A DNA stretch of 64,000 bases, taken from the NCBI GenBank assembly GCA_964016885.1, contig OZ024740.1:434496001-434560000 (forward strand), in the 5' to 3' direction. Under the pieces are notes generated by a model. That model was not told where the DNA came from. It ran no database searches and saw only the letters and a program-made list of their open reading frames with translations. Each line of letters begins with the position of its first letter. Position 1 is the first letter of the stretch. The position numbers and the translations under genes are program-made. This document shows positions 1 through 13,805 of the stretch, piece after piece. The stretch is from Eledone cirrhosa (lineage: Eukaryota).

Positions 1-61
1 GGGCCGTAATTCTTTGCTGCAATCCTGGCGTCAGACCCTCTACCGATACTGCCAATCCACC
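1..61 (-). mobile_element. tRNA-derived SINE family A, head fragment (cut by window edge)
   Basis: ccctctaccgatactgccaatccacc is the reverse complement of the head of the full copies at 10524 and 21712. Confidence 0.8.
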
Positions 62-439
62 TGGTGATGTTTGAGTTTGATAAAAGATGTGGTTGAGAAA
101 CAGATCAAGGCTGTTTAGAATGTCAGCCGTGATACTATTATACAGAGTTCAGGATGACAAAATATTCTGATAGTTAGTGAATGACTATTTTTAAAAGAAT
201 ATTTGAAAATCATAGGAATTGTTTACCATTAGAAATATGGTATTGAAAGGGTTAAAGTGTTTATATTTATCTAAAAGCTCTCTGTTAATAGTATGTGTGA
301 GAGGAGAGCAAAAACTGAGAGGAATTGTAAAAATTAAAGTCAACAAGGACATCCACAGAAGGGGTGATATGAGATAGGTATCATAGCTACTGGAGGATAT
401 AGTTGAGATAGTGGTTGTAGGTGTTTAGAGAGCAGTACA

Positions 440-672
440 GACAGCAGCTTGCCGACAGGTTTGCGGTTGTACCCTTGGCAGTGGAGACTTCTGGTGTCCT
501 CGGCCCTAGGGTTATCTCTCTATTCACCACCACAGGCTCTGAGCTGGCCAGCCGCAGGTGTAACCCCTTGAGTTGGAATGGTTCTTCCAGCGCGTCTTCC
601 TTGACATCCTCCGTGGAAACGCCTTCTCCATTCTGTCTGCCGGGGCTGTGGGGAGGGGATCAATATGATTGA
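440..672 (+). mobile_element. CRE-like non-LTR retrotransposon remnant, C-terminal end of restriction-like endonuclease (RLE) domain
   Basis: Translates LADRFAVVPLAVETSGVLGP, then after a frameshift ELEWFFQRVFLDILRGNAFSIL; matches the F.P.A.ET.G..G and FQR.S..I.RGNA motifs of CRE-clade RLE C-termini. Confidence 0.7.
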
Positions 673-800
673 CTGACACGTCAGTGGGTTGTGATGTGCT
701 AAAGAAATATTTATATTCGATGTCATACCATTTCAAGAGCTTGTTTACTTAGAAGTTTATAAGTGAAGATTTGTGTCCTATGATAAATTAAACGAGATCA

Positions 801-1824
801 CTACAGGATGATATAGTTGAGCTGGGGTTGTAGGTGTTTGGGGAGTAGAACAGACAGCAGATACAGGGTGATATAGTTGAGCTGGGGTTGTAGGTGTTTG
901 GAGAGTAGAACAGACAGCAGATACAGGGTGATATAGTTGAGCTGGGGTTGTAGGTGTTTGGAGAGTAGAACAGACAGCAGATACAGGGTGATATAGTTGA
1001 GCTGGGGTTGTAGGTGTTTGGGGAGTAGAACAGACAGCAGATACAGGGTGATATAGTTGAGCTGGGGTTGTAGGTGTTTGGAGAGTAGAACAGACAGCAG
1101 ATACAGGTTGATATAGTTGAGCTGGGGTTGTAGGTGTTTGGAGAGTAGAACAGACAGCAGATACAGGATGATATAGTTGAGCTGGGGTTGTAGGTGTTTG
1201 GAGAGTAGAACAGACAGCAGATACAGGGTGATATAGTTGAGCTGGGGTTGTAGGTGTTTCGGGAGTAGAACAGACAGCAGATACAGGGTGATATAGTTGA
1301 GCTGGGGTTGTAGGTGTTTGGAGAGTAGAACAGACAGCAGATACAGGGTGATATAGTTGAGCTGGGGTTGTAGGTGTTTGGAGAGTAGAACAGACAGCAG
1401 ATACAGGATGATATAGTTGAGCTGGGGTTGTAGGTGTTTGGGGAGTAGAACAGACAGCAGATACAGGGTGATATAGTTGAGCTGGGGTTGTAGGTGTTTG
1501 GGGAGTAGAACAGACAGCAGATACAGGGTGATATAGTTGAGCTGGGGTTGTAGGTGTTTGGAGAGTAGAACAGACAGCAGATACAGGATGATATAGTTGA
1601 GCTGGGGTTGTAGGTGTTTGGGGAGTAGAACAGACAGCAGATACAGGGTGATATAATTGAGCTGGGGTTGTAGGTGTTTGGGGAGTAGAACAGACAGCAG
1701 ATACAGGGTGATATAATTGAGCTGGGGTTGTAGGTGTTTGGAGAGTAGAACAGACAGCAGATACAGGGTGATATAATTGAGCTGGGGTTGTAGGTGTTTG
1801 GGGAGTAGAACAGACAGCAGATAC
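801..1824. repeat. 60-bp minisatellite, ~17 copies
   Basis: Unit gggtgatatagttgagctggggttgtaggtgtttg(g/a)gagtagaacagacagcagataca repeats in exact register with the 60-nt lines. Confidence 0.98.
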
Positions 1825-2436
1825 ATCAAAAGAAACAAAGGAGACTGGGTCAAAGGAACTTACAGGAATTGATTACAGGTATCAAGGTGAGTGGTGTAAA
1901 ATAAAATTCTAAATATACCTGGATCCTATCTTTCAGTGCAAAGATTGAATATAGAATGTAGCCCAGACAACAGAAATGGGCCAAAAATAAGGGGTAAGAA
2001 ATTTTTGTCTAAAAGTGCAACAGAATATGTGTTGTTTGAATAGTAGTAAGATATGATATATGGGGTCTGGCTGAAACAAAGGTTCAGAGATATTGGTCAA
2101 TCGGAAGAAGTAAATATTACAACTCAGGGACCATAAATGGCCAGCAGGCATTGTAGACGCCAAACACAGGCTTGATTTTTTAATTTTTTATTTATTCTAT
2201 ATTCCTTTGATATTGTTTGTGTTGACAGGATCAACATAGATATAGGAATGTATAACTGATGATTATATGGAAACATAAGAGGAATTGCTTGGATTCCACT
2301 GTAAGATGGCCAAACATTGGAATGAATAGTTGTGCCAGAACAATATGATTTTCAATAATTAATAATGTTATTACTGTCATCTCTGGAACACCAGAATGCC
2401 AATATTGGTTGCCAGATCAATTTCAACAAAAACTCA

Positions 2437-5400
2437 TCTAGAACTATGTAACTATTCCTGTCTAGAACTATATAACTATTCCTGTCTAGAACTATATAAC
2501 TATTCCTGTCTAGAACTATATAACTATTCCTGTCTAGAACTATATAACTATTCCTGTCTAGAACTATATAACTATTCCTGTCTAGAACTATATAACTATT
2601 CCTCTCCAGAACTATATAACTATTCCAGTCTAGAACTATATAACTATTCCTCACTAGAACTATTCCTGTCTAGAACTATATAACTATTCCTGTCTAGAAC
2701 TATATAACTATTCCTGTCTAGAACTATATAACTATTCCTCTCTAGAACTATATAACTATTCCTGTCTAGAACTATATAACTATTCCTCTCTAGAACTATA
2801 TAACTATTCCTCTCTAGAACTATATAACTATTCCTGTCTAGAACTATATAACTATTCCTCTCTAGAACTATATAACTATTCCTGTCTAGAACTATATAAC
2901 TATTCCCCTCTAGAACTATATAACTATTCCTCTCTAGAACTATATAACTATTCCTCTCTAGAACTATATAACTATTCCTCTCTAGAACTATGTAACTATT
3001 CCTGTCTAGAACTATATAACTATTCCTGTCTAGAACTATGTAACTATTCCTCTCTAGAACTATATAACTATTCCTGTCTAGAACTATATAACTATTCCTG
3101 TCTAGAACTATATAACTATTCCTCTCTAGAACTATATAACTATTCCTGTCTAGAACTATATAACTATTCCTCTCTAGAACTATATAACTATTCCTCTCTA
3201 GAACTATATAACTATTCCTGTCTAGAACTATATAACTATTCCTCTCTAGAACTATATAACTATTCCTGTCTAGAACTATATAACTATTCCTCTCTAGAAC
3301 TATATAACTATTCCTCTCTAGAACTATATAACTATTCCTCTCTAGAACTATATAACTATTCCTCTCTAGAACTATATAACTATTCCTCTCTAGAACTATA
3401 TAACTATTCCTGTCTAGAACTATATAACTATTCCTATCTAGAACTATATAACTATTCCTCTCTAGAACTATATAACTATTCCTGTCTAGAACTATATAAC
3501 TATTCCTGTCTAGAACTATATAACTATTCCTCTCTAGAACTATATAACTATTCCTCTCTAGAACTATATAACTATTCCTCTCTAGAACTATATAACTATT
3601 CCTGTCTAGAACTATATAACTATTCCTATCTAGAACTATATAACTATTCCTCACTAGAACTATATAACTATTCCTGTCTAGAACTATATAACTATTCCTC
3701 TCTAGAACTATATAACTATTCCTCTCTAGAACTATATAACTATTCCTCTCTAGAACTATAACTATTCCTGTCTAGAACTATATAACTATTCCTCTCTAGA
3801 ACTATATAACTATTCCTGTCTAGAACTATATAACTATTCCTCTCTAGAACTATATAACTATTCCTCTCTAGAACTATAACTATTCCTGTCTAGAACTATA
3901 TAACTATTCCTCTCTAGAACTATATAACTATTCCTCTCTAGAACTATAACTATTCCTGTCTAGAACTATATAACTATTCCTCTCTAGAACTATATAACTA
4001 TTCCTCTCTAGAACTATATAACTATTCCTCTCTAGAACTATAACTATTCCTGTCTAGAACTATATAACTATTCCTCTCTAGAACTATATAACTATTCCTG
4101 TCTAGAACTATATAGCTATTCCCCTCTAGAACTATATAACTATTCCTGTCTAGAACTATATAACTATTCCTGTCTAGAACTATATAGCTATTCCCCTCTA
4201 GAACTATATAACTATTCCTGTCTAGAACTATATAACTATTCCTGTCTAGAACTATATAACTATTCCTGTCTAGAACTATATAACTATTCCTGTCTAGAAC
4301 TATATAACTATTCCTCTCTAGAACTATATAACTATTCCTGTCTAGAACTATATAGCTATTCCCCTCTAGAACTATATAACTATTCCTGTCTAGAACTATA
4401 TAACTATTCCTGTCTAGAACTATATAACTATTCCTCTCTAGAACTATATAACTATTCCTGTCTAGAACTATATAACTATTCCTCTCTAGAACTATATAAC
4501 TATTCCTGTCTAGAACTATATAACTATTCCTGTCTAGAACTATATAACTATTCCTCTCTAGAACTATATAACTATTCCTGTCTAGAACTATATAACTATT
4601 CCTCTCTAGAACTATATAACTATTCCTGTCTAGAACTATATAACTATTCCTCTCTAGAACTATATAACTATTCCTGTCTAGAACTATATAACTATTCCCC
4701 TCTAGAACTATATCACTATTCCTCTCTAGAACTATATAACTATTCCTCTCTAGAACTATATAACTATTCCTGTCTAGAACTATATAACTATTCCTCTCTA
4801 GAACTATATAACTATTCCTCTCTAGAACTATATAACTATTCCTGTCTAGAACTATATAACTATTCCCCTCTAGAACTATATAACTATTCCTGTCTAGAAC
4901 TATATAACTATTCCCCTCTAGAACTATATCACTATTCCTCTCTAGAACTATATAACTATTCCTCTCTAGAACTATATAACTATTCCTCTCTAGAACTATA
5001 TAACTATTCCCCTCTAGAACTATATAACTATTCCTGTCTAGAACTATATAACTATTCCTGTCTAGAACTATATAACTATTCCTCTCTAGAACTATATAAC
5101 TATTCCTCTCTAGAACTATATAACTATTCCTGTCTAGAACTATATAACTATTCCCCTCTAGAACTATATAACTATTCCTGTCTAGAACTATATAACTATT
5201 CCTGTCTAGAACTATATAACTATTCCTGTCTAGAACTATATAACTATTCCCCTCTAGAACTATATAACTATTCCTCTCTAGAACTATATAACTATTCCCC
5301 TCTAGAACTATATAACTATTCCTGTCTAGAACTATATAACTATTCCTGTCTAGAACTATATAACTATTCCTGTCTAGAACTATATAACTATTCCTGTCTA

Positions 5401-8400
5401 GAACTATATAACTATTCCTGTCTAGAACTATATAACTATTCCTGTCTAGAACTATATAACTATTCCTGTCGAGAACTATATAACTATTCCCCTCTAGAAC
5501 TATATAACTATTCCTCTCTAGAACTATATAACTATTCCTCTCTAGAACTATATAACTATTCCTCTCTAGAACTATATAACTATTCCTGTCTAGAACTATA
5601 TAACTATTCCCCTCTAGAACTATATAACTATTCCTGTCTAGAACTATATAACTATTCCCCTCTAGAACTATATAACTATTCCTCTCTAGAACTATATAAC
5701 TATTCCTCTCTAGAACTATGTAACTATTCCTGTCTAGAACTATATAACTATTCCTGTCTAGAACTATGTAACTATTCCTCTCTAGAACTATATAACTATT
5801 CCTGTCTAGAACTATATAACTATTCCTGTCTAGAACTATGTAACTATTCCTGTCTAGAACTATATAACTATTCCAGTCTAGAACTATATAACTATTCCTC
5901 TCCAGAACTATATAACTATTCCAGTCTAGAACTATATAACTATTCCTCTCTAGAACTATATAACTATTCCTGTCTAGAACTATGTAACTATTCCTGTCTA
6001 GAACTATATAACTATTCCAGTCTAGAACTATATAACTATTCCTCTCCAGAACTATATAACTATTCCAGTCTAGAACTATATAACTATTCCTCTCTAGAAC
6101 TATATAACTATTCCTGTCTAGAACTATATAACTATTCCAGTCTAGAACTATATAACTATTCCTCTCTAGAACTATATAACTATTCCCCTCTAGAACTATA
6201 TAACTATTCCTCTCCAGAACTATATAACTATTCCAGTCTAGAACTATATAACTATTCCCCTCTAGAACTATATAACTATTCCTCTCTAGAACTATATAAC
6301 TATTCCTGTCTAGAACTATATAACTATTCCTCTCTAGAACTATGTAACTATTCCTGTCTAGAACTATATAACTATTCCTCTCTAGAACTATATAACTATT
6401 CCTCTCTAGAACTATGTAACTATTCCTCTCTAGAACTATATAACTATTCCTGTCTAGAACTATATAACTATTCCTATCTAGAACTATATAACTATTCCTC
6501 ACTAGAACTATATAACTATTCCTGTCTAGAACTATATAACTATTCCTGTCTAGAACTATATAACTATTCCTCTCTAGAACTATATAACTATTCCTCTCTA
6601 GAACTATATAACTATTCCTCTCTAGAACTATATAACTATTCCTCTCTAGAACTATATAACTATTCCTCTCTAGAACTATATAACTATTCCTGTCTAGAAC
6701 TATATAACTATTCCTCACTAGAACTATATAACTATTCCCCTCTAGAACTATATAACTATTCCTGTCTAGAACTATATAACTATTCTTGTCTAGAACTATA
6801 TAACTATTCCTGTCTAGAACTATATAACTATTCCTCACTAGAACTATATAACTATTCCCCTCTAGAACTATATAACTATTCCTCTCTAGAACTATATAAC
6901 TATTCCTCTCTAGAACTATATAACTATTCCTCTCTAGAACTATATAACTATTCCTGTCTAGAACTATATAACTATTCCTCTCTAGAACTATATAACTATT
7001 CCTCTCTAGAACTATATAACTATTCCTGTCTAGAACTATATAACTATTCCCCTCTAGAACTATATAACTATTCCTGTCTAGAACTATATAACTATTCCTG
7101 TCTAGAACTATATAACTATTACTGTCTAGAACTATATAACTATTCCTGTCTAGAACTATATAACTATTCCTGTCTAGAACTATATAACTATTCCTCTCTA
7201 GAACTATATAACTATTCCTCTCTAGAACTATATAACTATTCCTGTCTAGAACTATATAACTATTCCTGTCTAGAACTATATAACTATTCCTGTTTAGAAC
7301 TATATAACTATTCCTGTCTAGAACTATAACTATTCCTCTCTAGAACTATTCCTCACTAGAACTATTCCTCACTAGAACTATTCCTCACTAGAACTATATA
7401 ACTATTCCTCTCTAGAACTATATAACTATTCCTCACTAGAACTATATAACTATTCCTGTCTAGAACTATATAACTATTCCTGTCTAGAACTATATAACTA
7501 TTCCTCTCTAGAACTATATAACTATTCCTCTCTACAACTATATAACTATTCCTCTCTACAACTATATAACTATTCCTCTCTGGAACTATATAACTATTCC
7601 CCTCTAGAACTATATAACTATTCCTCTCTAGAACTATATAACTATTCCTGTCTAGAACTATATAACTATTCCTGTCTAGAACTATATAACTATTCCTGTC
7701 TAGAACTATATAACTATTCCTGTCTAGAACTATATAACTATTCCTCTCCAGAACTATATAACTATTCCTGTCTAGAACTATATAACTATTCCCCTCTAGA
7801 ACTATATAACTATTCCTGTCTAGAACTATATAACTATTCCTCACTAGAACTATATAACTATTCCTCTCTAGAACTATATAACTATTCCTGTCTAGAACTA
7901 TATAACTATTCCTCTCCAGAACTATATAACTATTCCTGTCTAGAACTATATAACTATTCCCCTCTAGAACTATATAACTATTCCTGTCTAGAACTATATA
8001 ACTATTCCTCACTAGAACTATATAACTATTCCTCTCTAGAACTATATAACTATTCCTGTCTAGAACTATATAACTATTCCTCTCCAGAACTATATAACTA
8101 TTCCTGTCTAGAACTATATAACTATTCCCCTCTAGAACTATATAACTATTCCTGTCTAGAACTATATAACTATTCCTCACTAGAACTATATAACTATTCC
8201 TGTCTAGAACTATATAACTATTCCCCTCTAGAACTATATCACTATTCCTCTCTAGAACTATATAACTATTCCTGTCTAGAACTATATAACTATTCCTGTC
8301 TAGAACTATATAACTATTCCTCTCTAGAACTATATAACTATTCCAGTCTAGAACTATATAACTATTCCAGTCTAGAACTATATAACTATTCCAGTCTAGA

Positions 8401-9872
8401 ACTATATCACTATTCCTCACTAGAACTATATAACTATTCCTCTCTAGAACTATATAACTATTCCTCTCTAGAACTAGAACTATTCCTCTCTAGAACTATA
8501 TAACTATTCCTCTCTAGAACTATATAACTATTCCTCTCTACAACTATATCACTATTCCTCGCTAGAACTATAACTATTCCTCACTAGAACTATATAACTA
8601 TTCCCCTCTAGAACTATATAACTATTCCTGTCTAGAACTATATAACTATTCCTCTCTACAACTATATAACTATTCCTCTCTACAACTATATAACTATTCC
8701 TCTCTACAACTATATAACTATTCCTCTCTAGAACTATATAACTATTCCCCTCTAGAACTATATCACTATTCCTCTCTAGAACTATATAACTATTCCTGTC
8801 TAGAACTATATAACTATTCCTGTCTAGAACTATATAACTATTCCTCTCTACAACTATATCACTATTCCTCTCTAGAACTATAACTATTCCTGTCTAGAAC
8901 TATATAACTATTCCTCTCTAGAACTATATAACTATTCCCCTCTAGAACTATATAACTATTCCCCTCTAGAACTATATAACTATTCCTCTCTAGAACTATA
9001 TAACTATTCCTGTCTAGAACTATATAACTATTCCTCTCTAGAACTATATAACTATTCCTGTCTAGAACTATATAACTATTCCTCTCTAGAACTATATAAC
9101 TATTCCTGTCTAGAACTATATAACTATTCCTCTCTACAACTATATCACTATTCCTCTCTAGAACTAGAACTATTCCTCTCTAGAACTATATAACTATTCC
9201 TCTCTAGAACTATATAACTATTCCTGTCTAGAACTATATAACTATTCCTCTCTAGAACTATATAACTATTCCTGTCTAGAACTATATAACTATTCCTCTC
9301 TAGAACTATATAACTATTCCTGTCTAGAACTATATAACTATTCCTCACTAGAACTATATAACTATTCCTCTCTAGAACTATATAACTATTCCCCTCTAGA
9401 ACTATATAACTATTCCTGTCTAGAACTATATAACTATTCCTGTCTAGAACTATATAACTATTCCTGTCTAGAACTATATAACTATTCCTCTCTAGAACTA
9501 TATAACTATTCCTCTCTAGAACTATATAACTATTCCTCTCTAGAACTATATAACTATTCCTCTCTAGAACTATATAACTATTCCTCTCTAGAACTATATA
9601 ACTATTCCTGTCTAGAACTATATAACTATTCCTGTCTAGAACTATATAACTATTCCTCTCTAGAACTATATAACTATTCCTGTCTAGAACTATATAACTA
9701 TTCCTCTCTAGAACTATATAACTATTCCCCTCTAGAACTATATAACTATTCCTGTCTAGAACTATATAACTATTCCTCTCTAGAACTATATAACTATTCC
9801 TGTCTAGAACTATATAACTATTCCTGTCTAGAACTATATAACTATTCCTCTCTAGAACTATATAACCATTCC
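2437..9872. repeat. 24-bp minisatellite, ~310 copies
   Basis: Unit tctagaactatataactattcc(tg/tc/cc/ag); 8-aa period RNSYIVL(D/E) in the minus-strand ORFs; XbaI site in most units. Confidence 0.98.
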
Positions 9873-9879
9873 TTGACTA

Positions 9880-10096
9880 GGTTTTGTGTTGAATTCTTGA
9901 GCAAAACAATTCATTTCATGTTGCTCCAGTAAACTCAGCTGAAAATGAGTACCAGTAATAGCTGGGAGTTTAACCCTATGCGAACTGGCATCCTGGCCAG
10001 ACGGGAGTCTTTTACTTTCAATCACTTAACACTACAGAAACTGAGACAAGCACCAGCCAAATGAGCCTCCAAGCTCAAGACAGACTTTAGACTTTT
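9880..10096 (+). mobile_element. Diverged SINE related to family B (CORE-like block), head missing
   Basis: cttgagcaaaacaattcatttcatgttgctccagtaaactcagctg matches the family B central block; different tail ending agactttagactttt. Confidence 0.6.
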
Positions 10097-10294
10097 AGTA
10101 CTTTCTTCTAACCAAAGTTACATGTCTGTACACAACAGAACTATATAACCAATAGTGTTCTTCTCACCAAAGTTTCAACTCTACACAATTGTATCAGGTT
10201 TACTTATCAGTAAATGATGGTTACAGTCATCATACAAGTATTGAATCACATTCTTGTCAGACATAGTTGTCGTTGTTGATGTTGTAACCACAGG

Positions 10295-10345
10295 CAGGGC
10301 TGGATTAATCATTAAGCAAAATAAACACAAGCTTCGGGCAAATAG
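10295..10345 (-). mobile_element. End fragment of hAT-like MITE (same family as 24561-24733)
   Basis: cagggctggattaatcattaagcaaaataaacac resembles the reverse complement of the right end of the 24561 element. Confidence 0.5.
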
Positions 10346-10523
10346 GGAACTGAAAGAGGTGAGAGAATTTTGACCAGATATGGCCAGTTAAAATACTAAA
10401 AGGTTAAATTTGGTGATGTGTTGTGTTATTTCAATGACATCCATAAGGCAAACATAGACAATATAACTATACCAGATTGTATATAAAGAATGAATGTATT
10501 CAATCTGCACTGTATTATATTTT

Positions 10524-10716
10524 GGCGGTGGATTGGCAGTATCGGTAGAGGGTCAGACGGCATGCTTTGACGCATAGCATTACGTCCCTTTATGATCTGA
10601 GTTCAAATCCCACCGAGGTTAACTTTGCCTTTCATCCTTACGGGGTCAATAAAATAAAGTACCAATATTACACTGGGATAATTACTGGGCCTTGTGCCAA
10701 AATTAGAAACAATTAT
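10524..10716 (+). mobile_element. SINE family A (tRNA head, Nin/Deu-like central domain), full length
   Basis: A-box-like tggcagtatcgg, B-box gagttcaaatcc, central aactttgcctttcatccttacggggtc-ataaaataaagtacc, tail ggccttgtgccaaaa-tagaaacaat; many copies in window. Confidence 0.85.
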
Positions 10717-10953
10717 ATTCTGGGTGGTGGGTGTTATCCAGAAATTTGAGCATGTATTTATTTGATTTCATGCAGGTTTTTAGAGGAGGGAAAAGAACAC
10801 CTGCCCTCAGCAGGTTTGTGTGAGGTGAGGGATAGGTATATGGTAATCCTAAATGTTAAGCTATCTAGAGTAACACTCACAAGCTGAAGAGAGATTATGT
10901 ACCAACAGATCGGGCAGCACCCTGACACATTGCATATGGGGCTGTGTCCTTAC

Positions 10954-10993
10954 CATATTTGGCAGTAGACCTCTGCTGGGAATCCCTTTTCAT
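10954..10993 (-). CDS. Possible short first coding exon (MKRDSQQRSTAKY-G), SLC44-type; speculative
   Basis: ATG..AAA TAT G|gtaagg: phase-1 strong donor, ends KYG like CTL/SLC44 first exons; could be chance. Confidence 0.2.
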
Positions 10994-11190
10994 CTGTACT
11001 ATCTAACAGTGACACTTCACAGAAGATGTAGTAGGAAGCAAGATATTAAGATGTTATTCTTAGACAACCTTCAGCTAAATGTTGGAAACAAAGTGGTCTG
11101 TAAACACAACCAAAGGCAGGGCTGTCATTGATAGTACAGATCAAAATAACATCTCATTCACACACCTTTATATATATATATATATATATA

Positions 11191-11380
11191 ACGAAGGAAA
11201 TGTGGTAAGGAACCAGGTGGACCATAACGCACCAAAGTACTCAATACTTGAGGTAGTAGAGTGGGTAATAGGAACCAGTAAGACCCCGACAGCTGAGCTC
11301 AAGCCGTTTCGACGGCTAATTCTCCGAATTAGCCGTCGAAACGGCTTGAGCTCAGCTGTCGGGGTCTTACTGGTTCCTAT
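11191..11380. mobile_element. Penelope-type terminal fragment in (TA)n with a perfect 55-bp-arm palindrome (11268-11380)
   Basis: ataggaacc...ggctaattc / tcc / gaattagcc...ggttcctat; flanked both sides by (TA)n; same family at 15081-15340. Palindrome is seen; the Penelope assignment is inference. Confidence 0.6.
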
Positions 11381-11509
11381 ATATATATATATATATATAC
11401 AAACACACACACATATATATATATATACACGCACACATACACATATATACGCACACATACACATATATACGCACACATACACATATATACACATACACAC
11501 ATATATATG

Positions 11510-11549
<40 letters not shown>

Positions 11550-11711
11550 CAGGCACACATTGTGTATGTCTTACTTCCTCAGAACTTTCTTTAGAATGCA
11601 TAATTCTTTCTAAGGAAATGTTACATATACATTTGCTAAGGTATACCTTAAGTTTTTGTTGTTGTTTAAATCATAAACATTAGATTTCTGTTAAAGATTT
11701 CTGACATCTTA

Positions 11712-11885
11712 TAGAGGGTCGGGCGCCATACTTTGAAGCATAGAGTTACCTCCCTTTATGATCTGAGTTCAAATCCCGCCGAGGTTAACTTTGCCTTTCA
11801 TCCTTACGGGGTCGGTCAATAAAATAAAGTACCAGTAATGCACTGGGATAATTGCTGGCCTTGTGCCAAAAGTAGAAACAATAAT
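11712..11885 (+). mobile_element. SINE family A, slightly 5'-truncated
   Basis: Aligns by eye to the 10524 copy. Confidence 0.85.
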
Positions 11886-11999
11886 CTTAATATTATAAAA
11901 AAAAGATTGGAAGGTATGACGAAAGACTGCCGGAGTTTACAGCCGACAACAGAACCAGATGGAATCTACTATTAAAGGCATTATGAAATGGAACTAGAT

Positions 12000-12190
12000 A
12001 ATTGTTTCTACTTTTGGCACAAGGCCATCAATTACCCAGTACATTACTGGTACTTTATTTTATCGACCCCGTAAGGATGAAAGGCAAAGTTAACCTCGGC
12101 GGGATTTGAACTCAGACTGTAAAGGGAGGACGTAACTATGCTGGAAAGCATGGCGTCCGACTCTCTACCGATACTGCCAATCCACACCCG
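12000..12190 (-). mobile_element. SINE family A, full length, with 17-bp target-site duplication
   Basis: aaatggaactagataat at 11986-12002 and 12193-12209 flanks the copy. Confidence 0.9.
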
Positions 12191-12739
12191 TAAAATGGAA
12201 CTAGATAATGAAAGTTGGCTGAAACGTTCATAGGCTGACTATGAAGTATTGATGCTAGAGCTGTGAAATCTTGCATGCATTAATTTCAACTATTTATAAC
12301 TGCCTTGTTTGTTTCTTTCTAGGGACTATGTTGACAAATAACCCCTAAGAACGTTCAGCCGACCCTCGTGTGTGTGTGTGTGTGTCTGTAACTTTTTCAA
12401 CGCTTTAACCAATCTCTTCTCGTTTTACACGATATAAACATTGAACAACTGCCTCTTTTCGTGGCTGGCAAATACACCCAACATGTCCGTCTCTACTCTC
12501 CTTTCAGATTTGAATTGTAGAGTACTTATATATATATATATATATCAAAATAAATTATTATTATATATATATATAATACGAGAGAGGTACGAACATCCAT
12601 ATTGCGCATACACCTACAAAATAATGCGTGAAGAGCAAACGATGTCTGGTTGTCTATATATTTGTTGCAACAGATTCTATAAACCATATATCAGTGTGTG
12701 TGTGTGTGTGTATACATACATATATACATATACTGTATA

Positions 12740-12814
12740 TAGGGTGTCCCAAAAAATGTACACACATTTATAAGAATGCTGTTGAAGTATATATACATTT
12801 TTGGGGGGACACCT

Positions 12815-12816
<2 letters not shown>
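12740..12816. mobile_element. Tiny Tc1/mariner-type MITE
   Basis: Imperfect TIRs agggtgtcccaaaaaatgta ... tacatttttggggggacacct in a TA/TG context. Confidence 0.6.
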
Positions 12817-12866
<50 letters not shown>

Positions 12867-12949
12867 GGCGGAGTCCTAGCATGGCCTCAGCCTTTCTTTT
12901 CGAACACCTAATAGAATACATACATACATACATACATATATATCCGTGT

Positions 12950-13092
12950 GTAGTTGACAGCTGCGAGAAAGGAGTACTCAATAACGAAGTAGAGTTTGTA
13001 TATATTCATTTTATTAAGGCTAAAATAGTGAGTCTTGTTACTCTGGAGTTTCGCGAGACTCCAGAGTAACAAGACTCACTATTTAACCTTAA
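12950..13092. mobile_element. Second Penelope-type terminal fragment with hairpin (13013-13092)
   Basis: aaatagtgagtcttgttactctggagt / ttcgcgag / actccagagtaacaagactcactattt; carries the gtactcaata-N4-agtagagt motif at 12974-12995. Confidence 0.55.
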
Positions 13093-13459
13093 AAGGAATA
13101 CATTATATATAAACCCGAGGATACCGAAATGAAAATATACCACAGTGTGAAAGAATATGCGAAAATAATGAATTAAAAGGTTAATCAGTAAAAGCTATTG
13201 TTTTTGGAAGACTGAGATGTATGATGTCTCCTTGTGAACAACCAACAATTCTCAAAACTAATATTGGGATATATTGCTATTTGTTATATATGTAAACAAA
13301 TTCCTATTTTATTCTTTGTTCGTATATTTTTTTTATGTCAAATATATTTTATTTACAGTTGTATAAATAATATTACAAATTGTTCACAGCTCTTTCAGAA
13401 TGAAAATATTTCTACTGTTATGTATTATAAATTATATTTTTATTGCACGTTATGCTATA

Positions 13460-13550
13460 TAATTGTTTCTACTTTAGGCACAAGGCCAGCAATTACCCAG
13501 TGCATTACTGGTACTTTATTTTATCGACCCCGTAAGGATGAAAGGCAAAG
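13460..13550 (-). mobile_element. SINE family A, 5'-truncated
   Basis: 3' half only; flanked by duplicated atataattgttt. Confidence 0.8.
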
Positions 13551-13567
13551 AAAGCATATAATTGTTT

Positions 13568-13805
13568 TTATTGACAGTTGTGTAAATAACATTACAAATA
13601 TAATGTCGTTGATAAACACAAATATAAACATATATAATAAATACAATTATTTATTGCTAGGAACCTCACAAATATAACTATTGCAAGGATACATTACATT
13701 TGTGAGGTTTCCTAGCAATAATTCTATTTATTACATGTATTTATATATTTATTCTGTAAGAATTATAAACAATTTGTAATGTTATTTATACAAGTGTGAA
13801 TAATA
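13568..13805. repeat. Degenerate AT-rich fold-back (inverted repeat) element
   Basis: Core ttattgctaggaacctcacaaat ... atttgtgaggtttcctagcaataa; outer arms ataacattacaaat / atttgtaatgttat; related sequence at ~13345-13420 and ~16900-17005. Confidence 0.55.

Noticed and set aside
801-9348. Long periodic minus-strand ORFs (20-aa and 8-aa repeats)
   Set aside because: By-products of stop-free minisatellite frames, broken by unit-length variants
11905-11985. Possible RTE C-terminal scrap (ADNRTRWNLLLKAL*)
   Set aside because: Too short to distinguish from chance without a search
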